Assembly: GCA_913020395.1 (NCBI GenBank)
Contig: CAJWCA010000001.1
Location: forward strand, 1 to 47,491
DNA from: an uncultured Cellvibrionales bacterium
GTDB taxonomy: Bacteria; Pseudomonadota; Gammaproteobacteria; Pseudomonadales; Cellvibrionaceae
Direction: 5' to 3'
Length of the DNA stretch: 47,491 nucleotides
In this document: positions 18,377-25,811 of the stretch, piece after piece
Numbering within the stretch: the first letter of the stretch is position 1
How the letters are laid out: every line of letters starts with the position of its first letter
Program-made: the position numbers and the translations under genes
The notes under the pieces: model-generated
The model's input: only the letters and a program-made list of their open reading frames with translations
The model's database searches: none
What the model was told of the DNA's origin: nothing

Positions 18377-18557
18377 TGTGGGCGGGCCGGTAGTGCTTTC
18401 GAATTAATCATAAAGCCTCAAATGACCCACGCTGTTTTCTTAGAGAGTTTCCTGTATTGTGGTTATCGCAATACAGGACAAGGACGTGGCAGTGCAGAAA
18501 TGAGCTCCTTCTCCATTTTGTCAATTCTGATCGCAATGTCTACAAAAGGAGTTTTCT

Positions 18558-18875
18558 ATGGGTCAATATATTATTAGTTATCTCGGCGGCAATCAGCCCT
18601 CAACACCTGAAGAGGGCAAGCAGCATTTTGCCAAATATAAAGAGTGGTTATCGTCGCTGGGTGATTCGGTAGTCAGCCCGGCCAATCCCTTTAAAAATAC
18701 TACCGTGGTCAGTAGTGATGGCACGGTAACAACGGGCAGTCAAACGACAATGTCCGGATACACGATTATTACTGCTGAGTCTATGGATAAAGCATTGGAA
18801 GTGGCAAGAGCTTGTCCTTTCCTGGATATTGGTGGATCGCTAGAGGTATCAGAGCTGGTGCAGATGTCGGTCTGA
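18558..18875 (+). CDS. Small YciI/DGPF-like protein (tentative)
   Basis: A good Shine-Dalgarno (AAAGGAG) precedes the ATG. The 105-aa alpha+beta protein has the pattern ...YIISYLGG...KEWLSSLG...GYTIITAESMDKALEVARACPFL..GGSLEV, reminiscent of YCII-related proteins. This is from memory only. Confidence 0.45.
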   Translation: MGQYIISYLGGNQPSTPEEGKQHFAKYKEWLSSLGDSVVSPANPFKNTTVVSSDGTVTTGSQTTMSGYTIITAESMDKALEVARACPFLDIGGSLEVSELVQMSV

Positions 18876-18988
18876 CAACCAAGATAATTAAGCTTTTCGA
18901 AAATGGTGCCGGGCTAGCGATCCTTGGCCCAGCACCCACCCGCGCACGCTCTCCTTGAACAGAGGACCGTGGCGGTTTATTAAGGCAG

Positions 18989-20113
18989 TCAGTCTTCGTT
19001 GATGTAATCCACCACTTCCAGATCAAACCCGGAGATGCCGGCATATTTGATTGGCGCGCCCAGTAAGTGCATTTTTTTGACACCCAGGCTTCGCAAAATT
19101 TGTGAACCTGCGCCCACCTGCTGGAACTGCACGTGTTCTGAACCCGGCTGGGATGACTTCATTTTTTCGCCAAACACTTCCTGAAGTTGCACTTCCAGAT
19201 TCTTTCGGCCGTGGTTTTCGCCTTCGCCTAAAAGAATCAGCACGCCGCTCCCCAGGGATTCAATTTTTTTCATCGCCCGGTGGAATGTCCAGCGGGGGAA
19301 CTTCGCACCCGGTTCAACCAAAGTCAAAAAGTCGCGTACGGGGTCTGGTGCGTGCACTCGCACATATACGGGCTCGGCAACATTAAGCTCGCCTTTCACC
19401 AGTGCGTGGTGAACGATGTCTGTCGCCTTGTCCAGATAGGTATGCAAGGTGAAAGCACCAAAGGTGGTTTCAATCTCCCGGGAGCAGGTGCGCTCAAGTG
19501 TATTTTCGTTGGCCAGTCGGTAGTGAATAAGATCGGCAATGGCCCCCATCTTTAAACCGTGTTCGGCAGCAAATACTTCCAGGTCGGGGCGGCGCGCCAT
19601 GGAGCCGTCGTCATTCATGATTTCTACAATCACCGCCGCGGGTTCCAAACCTGCCAGGCGGCCAAGATCACAGCCCGCTTCGGTGTGGCCCGCGCGGCTG
19701 AGTACTCCGCCCGGCTGTGCCATTAGGGGGAAAATATGCCCGGGCTGAACAATGTCGACAGGTTTAGCGTTGGGGCCCACGGCCGCCTGTACAGTGAGTG
19801 CGCGGTCCGCAGCTGAGATGCCGGTGCTGACACCTTGGGCGGCCTCAATGGAAACTGTGAAGTTGGTGCCATGTACAGACTTATTGCCCGAAACCATGAG
19901 TGGCAATTGCAGTTGCTCGCAGCGCCTCTCTGTGAGAGTGAGGCAAATAAGCCCGCGGCCATATTTGGCCATAAAATTAATGTCTTCCGGGCGCACCAGG
20001 GAGGCGGCAATCAACAGATCCCCCTCGTTTTCACGGTCTTCGTCGTCAACCAGAATCACCATTTTGCCCATTCGGATGTCGGCGATAATTTCTTCGGTGC
20101 TGTTTAAAGCCAT
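18989..20113 (-). CDS. ribB: 3,4-dihydroxy-2-butanone-4-phosphate synthase fused to a degenerate GTP-cyclohydrolase-II-like domain (RibBX type)
   Basis: The N-terminal half has the RibB signature [22 protein letters not shown]...HTEA. The C-terminal half aligns to RibA, but where the Zn-binding Cys motif (VRVHSECLTGD...C.C) should be it reads [13 protein letters not shown], with no cysteines. Confidence 0.9.
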   Translation of the reverse strand: MALNSTEEIIADIRMGKMVILVDDEDRENEGDLLIAASLVRPEDINFMAKYGRGLICLTLTERRCEQLQLPLMVSGNKSVHGTNFTVSIEAAQGVSTGISAADRALTVQAAVGPNAKPVDIVQPGHIFPLMAQPGGVLSRAGHTEAGCDLGRLAGLEPAAVIVEIMNDDGSMARRPDLEVFAAEHGLKMGAIADLIHYRLANENTLERTCSREIETTFGAFTLHTYLDKATDIVHHALVKGELNVAEPVYVRVHAPDPVRDFLTLVEPGAKFPRWTFHRAMKKIESLGSGVLILLGEGENHGRKNLEVQLQEVFGEKMKSSQPGSEHVQFQQVGAGSQILRSLGVKKMHLLGAPIKYAGISGFDLEVVDYINED

Positions 20114-20242
20114 GTCTTGCCTCTCGATAATAAGTGGGGTTCAGCGGTGGCCGGCAAAGCCCGCAGCCGTTTTGCTCGCTGAGAAGACCGGATTATTATC
20201 CAATTTGCAGCGCTTTGAAACCCGTTTTTGCTTTTCGAGGGT

Positions 20243-21238
20243 TTAATAGATGACCGTTCTTTCCTGCTCTACAAACTGTTGAAAGCTCTGCTGCCAGTGA
20301 CCATCGGGCCAAAGTATGTCCATGGCGCCTTCTTCTGGATACCAAGCGCTTGTGTAGAGCGTACCCCAGCCGTGGGCCTGGGCGCTGGTGCGATAGAGCG
20401 GAGGCTGTAAAAACAGTTGCAGAAAATGCTCGTAATTTTGTCGGGGGTCCTGTTGCCGGCTGGCAATAAATTGTTCCCGCACACGGCTGTCTGCCAGTGT
20501 TTCATACAGGGCAACTTCCCTGGGGTTTTGGTGATTGGTTGCCCGTGGTGAATGGGTGATCCTGGCTTCTTTGTCCGGTGAGAGCATGACCGTCACAAAT
20601 TCACCCTGTCGGTCCAGAGCGGTAACATTGTATGACATCTGCACCGGAATTCGCTTTAGAACCGACACGGCTTCTTTGACCGTTTGGCAAAACTCAAGCA
20701 GATAACGCAGCACCAAGGTGATGGCAAAACCTCGATCCAGAACCCGCCGGCCGCCATAGGCCAGCGAGACTGCCAGCCCGTGTTCGTTCATGCCATCGAG
20801 TACTCCCCACAAACAGTCACTCATCGCCATGACACGTGTGCCGTTCCAGTTGCTTTGTAACAAGACGGATTCACACAGGCTTGCTGGAAAGTCGTAGTTG
20901 CGTACCAGTGCGCTTCTGTCTCTGGTCCACACGCCCTGAGAGCAGCCGGCCACAAACGCAGGGGGATCATAGAGACTGAGAAAACGGGCGCTAAGTTCGT
21001 CCGCCACACACCGCACAAGCAGGCGTTCGTAGGTGGGCACTAATTCAGGCATATGGGCTTTGAGCATATTCAGACCCCGGGTGTAATCGGGGCGGCGAGC
21101 CTCTCCATCACGCAAATACCAACGCAGATAGGCCTGTGCACTTTCCTGCCAGAGGTGTTCTATCGCAAGGCCGGGCCCGAGATCGCTAATTGCACGAAAG
21201 CGGGCCCGTGTGGGTGTCAGTGTAGAGTCGCTGATCAC
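20243..21238 (-). CDS. Peptidase C45 / acyl-CoA:6-APA acyltransferase-like Ntn-hydrolase
   Basis: A propeptide of about 98 aa is followed by FVAG|CSQGVW (Cys99 as the putative self-processing nucleophile), then RNYDF and [11 protein letters not shown] blocks typical of Ntn Cys hydrolases. Confidence 0.6.
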   Translation of the reverse strand: MISDSTLTPTRARFRAISDLGPGLAIEHLWQESAQAYLRWYLRDGEARRPDYTRGLNMLKAHMPELVPTYERLLVRCVADELSARFLSLYDPPAFVAGCSQGVWTRDRSALVRNYDFPASLCESVLLQSNWNGTRVMAMSDCLWGVLDGMNEHGLAVSLAYGGRRVLDRGFAITLVLRYLLEFCQTVKEAVSVLKRIPVQMSYNVTALDRQGEFVTVMLSPDKEARITHSPRATNHQNPREVALYETLADSRVREQFIASRQQDPRQNYEHFLQLFLQPPLYRTSAQAHGWGTLYTSAWYPEEGAMDILWPDGHWQQSFQQFVEQERTVIY

Positions 21239-21242
21239 AGCG

Positions 21243-22154
21243 TCACACTGTATCGAGAGTGGTTACGTTTTTCGGCATGGCGAATTCTTTTTGACCGTTG
21301 ATGTCTTCTCGGCTGGGTTTGCATAGAGGGCCGAGGGATTGCAAATAACTGTCGTCCCAAATTTCACGGTTGTAGACCGCAAAATCTGCCTTGCGATCCC
21401 GGAAGCTCTTTAAGGGCTGGCCGAGGTGTAATATGCCCCGCTCACGCTGACGCCTGACCTGGTCGAGGTCGATCTCAATAGGTATAAATTCTTCCTGTGT
21501 TTGTGACTGGTGCAGTGCGCGCCCCGAGGGATCGATGACACAGCTGCGACCGTTGCCTCCGGCGCCCAGCCCGTTGATGTCAAACACATAAGCCTGAAAC
21601 ATCGCTGCACTGGCATGGGCGATATGTAGTTCTACTTCCCTGTCGATGGTGTTGGTTAACACCGGGTGAAGAATGACTTCGGCGCCTTTTGAGACCAAGG
21701 TGCGGGTGGTTTCGGGAAACCACATGTCATAACAAATGGATAAACCAAAACACCCCACCTCGGGCACATCGAATACCAGGCATTCATCGCCGCTGCTCAC
21801 GCCCTGTTCATAGGGCATAAACGGGAAGACTTTTCGATACCGCGTAACAATGTCGCCCTGGGGGTTAATCACAGGCAGCGTGTTGTATATCAATCCGTCA
21901 TTAAGCTCAAACATTGAACCCGGAATCAACCAGACTCCGTGCTGTTTTGCCATCGCCCTGAGCTGATCTTCCGCGTTGCCCGGCATCACTTGTGCGTGTT
22001 CAATGGAGGGACCAAATGGGGCCAATTCACTGAATACCACCATTTGAACCCAGGGGTGGAGGTGCATCAACATGTCGAGTCGCTGACCCATTTCACGCAG
22101 ATTGTTTTGAGTGGAAATGTGCATCTGCACACCGGCAATGGCAAAAGGTGTCAT
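21243..22154 (-). CDS. Carbon-nitrogen hydrolase (nitrilase superfamily amidase)
   Basis: The Glu-Lys-Cys triad sits in its usual contexts: VVFSELAPFG, YRKVFPF and GLSICYDMWFPE. Confidence 0.85.
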   Translation of the reverse strand: MTPFAIAGVQMHISTQNNLREMGQRLDMLMHLHPWVQMVVFSELAPFGPSIEHAQVMPGNAEDQLRAMAKQHGVWLIPGSMFELNDGLIYNTLPVINPQGDIVTRYRKVFPFMPYEQGVSSGDECLVFDVPEVGCFGLSICYDMWFPETTRTLVSKGAEVILHPVLTNTIDREVELHIAHASAAMFQAYVFDINGLGAGGNGRSCVIDPSGRALHQSQTQEEFIPIEIDLDQVRRQRERGILHLGQPLKSFRDRKADFAVYNREIWDDSYLQSLGPLCKPSREDINGQKEFAMPKNVTTLDTV

Positions 22155-22174
22155 TAATCGCTCCCGTTGTGTTA

Positions 22175-23614
22175 TTAGTTTATTTTGTAAAGCAGGCCGT
22201 CGTGTTTTTTCAGGTTCATGTCGGGCGCGGGCAGTGTGGTGCTGTAGGATTGCTTGATGGCATTGTTCCAGCTCACCGCACGTTCGTTAATTTGACCCTC
22301 GCTGTCTTGAACCCGACCGCGGGTTAATAAAATACCCAGGTCTGCACCTTTGTAGCTGTATTCCCCCGGTCCAAGTATTCTCAGGAAAAAACCTTCTGCC
22401 TGATCAGAGGCATTGCTCCAGTCTACCGAGCGGCGTAAAAATTCAATTTCGCCCTGTTCGTCAATGCGCCAAATTCCAGAGGCGGGGGCCGAGGTGATTA
22501 AACCCACTTTGTCGTGAGTTTGTTTCAATACCAGCGTGCTCCAGCTGTCGTAGTGCAACCAGCGCTCCTGTATCGCATCGAAATCCAGCTCATATTCAAC
22601 ATCAAAGAATTCTAACAAATGGAAAAATAACAGTGGCACACCACCGTATTTTTGGGTGATTAAATTGGTAACGGGCGAGGCGCCACTGATGCGCGGATTG
22701 ATTTCTCCCAGGTACACCTCTTCAGTGTCGCGATCGATAAGAAAGTCCATGCAGAAAGTACCTTTATACCCTTCTTTATAGAGCCGTTCTCCCAGAGCGC
22801 GGGTCATTTCTATGATGCGATTGCGTTGTGATTCAGTGAATACGGTAGCCGCGGTTTCATTCCCACACCAACCGCCTTTGTAAGGGGTTATGTCGGTGTG
22901 TCCAACCACTTCCATCATCACGGGCCCAACCAGTGTGCCGTATCGGGTCGCCACTCCCTCTACGGTTCCAGAAATGGGGTCAATACGTTTCATTATCTTC
23001 AGCTCTTCACCCACAATGTCCTTTTCATAACGTTGCCAGTCTTCGGCATTGTCGATAAAAAATGTGGTACGGCCAGAGTCGCCGTAAGGGGTTTGCACGA
23101 CCAATTGATCGCCAAGGCCCGCACTTTTTGCCTGCTTGCAAAGTGCCTCATAGGTATCTGCCTTGCCCAGCTTGTTGGGCACGCTGGCAACACCCGCTTC
23201 GTTGGCCAGTTGGGTGGTAAATATTTTGGAATCGATCCGGTCTCTCAACTCGGCCGGGGGCAGAGCGATTTCAAGGCCCAGTTTTTTCGCCAATACCTCT
23301 GTCTCCTCGTCAAACATCACTGTGAGGAGCTTTCCGCCGGGCGCTTGGCTGCGAATAAGGTTCACCACCTCTTTCTTTCTCAACAGGTAGTTGACAACAT
23401 CTACCATGGATTCAAATTCGGGTGCGTCTCGCTCGTCGGGCGTAAATACCCGATGGTGATGACTGTCAAAACAATCAAAATAGTTGATGTATTGTAAGGT
23501 AGGAACTAACTGTCCGAGTCCCAACACATTGAACGGCGATGCGGAAATAAAGTAAATCGGTGTTTTATTTTCGCTGAAGAAACGGTAGATATCATTGAGT
23601 CCTTTGAGCTTCAT
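22175..23614 (-). CDS. ATP-grasp family carboxylate-amine ligase with N-terminal pre-ATP-grasp domain; substrate unknown
   Basis: The central region, KIFTTQLANEAGVASVP...LVVQTPYGDSGRTTFFI...FCMDFLIDRDTEEVYLGEINPRISGA, shows an ATP-grasp fold pattern. I trimmed the start to the ATG at 23612-23614 (MKLKGLNDIY) with GAGGAA upstream. The track's longer ORF would overlap the upstream lipoprotein gene. Confidence 0.7.
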   Translation of the reverse strand: MKLKGLNDIYRFFSENKTPIYFISASPFNVLGLGQLVPTLQYINYFDCFDSHHHRVFTPDERDAPEFESMVDVVNYLLRKKEVVNLIRSQAPGGKLLTVMFDEETEVLAKKLGLEIALPPAELRDRIDSKIFTTQLANEAGVASVPNKLGKADTYEALCKQAKSAGLGDQLVVQTPYGDSGRTTFFIDNAEDWQRYEKDIVGEELKIMKRIDPISGTVEGVATRYGTLVGPVMMEVVGHTDITPYKGGWCGNETAATVFTESQRNRIIEMTRALGERLYKEGYKGTFCMDFLIDRDTEEVYLGEINPRISGASPVTNLITQKYGGVPLLFFHLLEFFDVEYELDFDAIQERWLHYDSWSTLVLKQTHDKVGLITSAPASGIWRIDEQGEIEFLRRSVDWSNASDQAEGFFLRILGPGEYSYKGADLGILLTRGRVQDSEGQINERAVSWNNAIKQSYSTTLPAPDMNLKKHDGLLYKIN

Positions 23615-23644
23615 GGTGTCATAATTCCTCGATTGATTGTCAGG

Positions 23645-23673
23645 TGTTAAATTATTGTTATTGTCTTGTTGTC
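23645..23673. promoter_or_regulatory. Three 11-bp-phased TGTT-type repeats upstream of the ATP-grasp gene
   Basis: TGTTAAA (23645), TGTTATT (23656) and TGTTGTC (23667), each start exactly 11 bp apart, lie in the 167-bp gap between the lipoprotein and ATP-grasp genes. This is a degenerate version of the TGTTAAC pairs found elsewhere in the locus. Confidence 0.35.
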
Positions 23674-23781
23674 GCTGTCTGTGAATGATTTGTCGCAGTA
23701 TTCTAAGTGAGCAGTGGGTAATGTGTTTCATTGACAAGAAACGGCGATACATAACCTGTTTTCCGGTGTTCCCATGGGCGC

Positions 23782-24360
23782 TCAAGTTTTTGCCGGTATA
23801 CATTGAATACCACCCTCGGGGTCTTCGGCAGAATTGCTGCTTGCTGTGGATGCTTTCAGTACTGATGGTTCAGTTAGTGCCGCGGGGGTAATTCGGGGAG
23901 TGGTGTTTGTTGCCAATGATTCCCGTTTGAAAGGTCTCCACTGACCCTGTTCTTTGATGTAAGCAACAAAACCATTGATATTTAAACTTGTTTCTCCATC
24001 AATCGTTTGAGCGTTCATTGCTGACAGACCGTCTTCTGAGATATTGAGTAAACGATGTAGTTGTCGCGTTTGAACAGAGTCCCACTCCTGTGACGACCAC
24101 TGACCAGAGAAGTGGAGCTGGGTAGTAAAATAAATCAGATATGCCGATTCACCTTGTTCACTGGTGTAGGGCTGACCGCCGCGTCTAGTAAAATCAACCA
24201 TCGATAACGCACCCTCGCCAAAGGTGTTATTCAGGCCAGACTGCAATTGTTCATTAATTGTTTTTCTATCGGGCCCCTGGCTGCACCCCGTGAGAAGCAG
24301 GCAGAGAGAAGCCAGCAGCAAAAAAAGCAAACTGGAAGACAAAACATTGGAACGGTTCAT
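23782..24360 (-). CDS. Lipoprotein of unknown function
   Basis: Signal peptide with the lipobox LLLTGC|S. No recognisable catalytic motif. It sits 9 nt downstream of gltS. Confidence 0.6.
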   Translation of the reverse strand: MNRSNVLSSSLLFLLLASLCLLLTGCSQGPDRKTINEQLQSGLNNTFGEGALSMVDFTRRGGQPYTSEQGESAYLIYFTTQLHFSGQWSSQEWDSVQTRQLHRLLNISEDGLSAMNAQTIDGETSLNINGFVAYIKEQGQWRPFKRESLATNTTPRITPAALTEPSVLKASTASSNSAEDPEGGIQCIPAKT

Positions 24361-24369
24361 TGTGTTTCC

Positions 24370-25590
24370 TCAGTGAACAAAGGGCAGCGCAAGATAAGAC
24401 TGAATAACCAATGCGTTGGTAATATCAATAAAAAAGGCCCCCACCATCGGCACAACTAAAAATGCCTGAGGGGAGGGGCCAAAACGGGAAACCAGTGATT
24501 CCATATTTGCCACGGCTGTAGGCGTGGCACCCAGACCAAAGCCACAGTGACCGCCCGCCATAATGGCGGCGTCATAGTTAGCACCCATCAACCGGAAGGT
24601 AATGAAGTAAGCAAACAGGGCAAGGGTGAATGTTTGCACCAGAATAATTAACAGAATGGGGCCTGCAAGATTGAGCAATTCCCAGATGCGCAGAGACATT
24701 AGTGCCATTGCCAAAAAGATCGAAAGCGCCATCGTGCCCCATAGGTCGACACAGGCTTTGCTGATTACATATTCACCTGAAAATTCGCAGGCATTGGTGA
24801 ATATAATGCCGAGGATCAGAGGTACAATAAATGAAGGAATAGGTACAGAATGCGCCTTTAACCATTCGTAGAGGTACGCACCTGCACTCATGCACATAAT
24901 TAAAATAAGCAGGGTTTCCATCATGCGCTTGGGCGTGACCAGGTCTTTGTCTTCCGGGTCGTAGGTGATGATGTCGTCGCGGTTGTGGTGGGCCTGATGA
25001 GAGGCGGGTTCAAGCGCGTGGCGGGCGATCAAGCGTTTGCACACTGGCCCTCCCAGCAATCCGCCCAGCACCAGGCCAAACGTTGCCGAGGCCATGGCGA
25101 TTTCCAACACACCCTGAAGATTGTGGCTGTCACCCAACATTTCGGCGTAAGTGGCGCCCGTGCCGTGCCCGCCAGAGAGTGTGATGGAACCGGCTATCAT
25201 GCCAAACAGGGGGTGCAGGTCTGTACTCAGGGCCATAGAAATACCGATGGCGTTTTGTACCATCAAATAGAGGCTGGCTACCAACAGGAAGAGAAAGACT
25301 TTGGGGCCGCCTTTCATCAAGAGTTTGAAGCTGGCCCCCAGCCCCACAGAGGTGAAAAACACGATCATTAAGGGTGTTTTTAAACTCAAGTCAAAATTCA
25401 GTGATACGTCAAACTGAGCGTAGAGCACCGCGCTGATCAGTGAGAATGCAATGCCTCCCACAACCGGTTCAGGAATATTATTGTCTTTAAGAAAGTGCAC
25501 TCGGTGATTGATGGCATAACCGGAAAACAGGATCAGCAGGGCAATGCCTATGGTTTCAAAAAAGCCAATATCAAAAGCCATAGCAAACAC
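24370..25590 (-). CDS. gltS: Sodium/glutamate symporter GltS
   Basis: About 400 aa and polytopic. The N-terminus ...ETIGIALLILFSGYAINHRV.FLKDNNIPEPVVGG and the overall pattern match the GltS family. Confidence 0.85.
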   Translation of the reverse strand: MFAMAFDIGFFETIGIALLILFSGYAINHRVHFLKDNNIPEPVVGGIAFSLISAVLYAQFDVSLNFDLSLKTPLMIVFFTSVGLGASFKLLMKGGPKVFLFLLVASLYLMVQNAIGISMALSTDLHPLFGMIAGSITLSGGHGTGATYAEMLGDSHNLQGVLEIAMASATFGLVLGGLLGGPVCKRLIARHALEPASHQAHHNRDDIITYDPEDKDLVTPKRMMETLLILIMCMSAGAYLYEWLKAHSVPIPSFIVPLILGIIFTNACEFSGEYVISKACVDLWGTMALSIFLAMALMSLRIWELLNLAGPILLIILVQTFTLALFAYFITFRLMGANYDAAIMAGGHCGFGLGATPTAVANMESLVSRFGPSPQAFLVVPMVGAFFIDITNALVIQSYLALPFVH

Positions 25591-25677
25591 TCTCGCAGGT
25601 GGGTGACGGTGTAGGCCGGTAATTTACCAGCTGCCTGTGTCTAAGCTATTGCTGAAATATGCCATGCGGTGATCAAG

Positions 25678-25710
25678 TGTTAACAAGCTGTTAACCCGGC
25701 AGATGTTAAC
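25678..25710. promoter_or_regulatory. TGTTAAC direct repeats in the gltS/decarboxylase divergent promoter region
   Basis: TGTTAAC occurs at 25678, 25689 (+11) and 25704. Confidence 0.5.
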
Positions 25711-25811
25711 CGAAGGTTTACAATTTATTGCAAGGTTCTTACCCGGCTGTGAGTGAGATTGGGTATTCTTTTGGCTCCAAATCCCCTACCCAGTAATCAC
25801 TTGGTGACAAT

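Noticed and set aside
18451-18477. 9-bp inverted repeat CCTGTATTG-N9-CAATACAGG downstream of the aldehyde dehydrogenase gene
   Set aside because: The stem is short and no T-tract follows. It could be a weak terminator or operator, but the evidence is insufficient to call either.
20114-20242. Expected FMN riboswitch upstream of ribB
   Set aside because: Only the UCUUCUCAG segment and a closing helix resemble the RFN element. The conserved GGUGAAAUUCC, CCGGUG..AUUCCGG and AGUCCGGAUG blocks are absent, and the region is too short for the six-stem fold. It is not called as a riboswitch without a covariance-model search.
22175-23803. Long versions of several track ORFs: 22175..23803, 6427..6996, 10387..11130, 648..2126, 41177..42592 and 38172..39935
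   Set aside because: The N-terminal extensions overlap upstream genes or lack native-looking sequence. Internal starts give proper signal peptides, Shine-Dalgarno sequences or domain boundaries, so I used the shorter coordinates.
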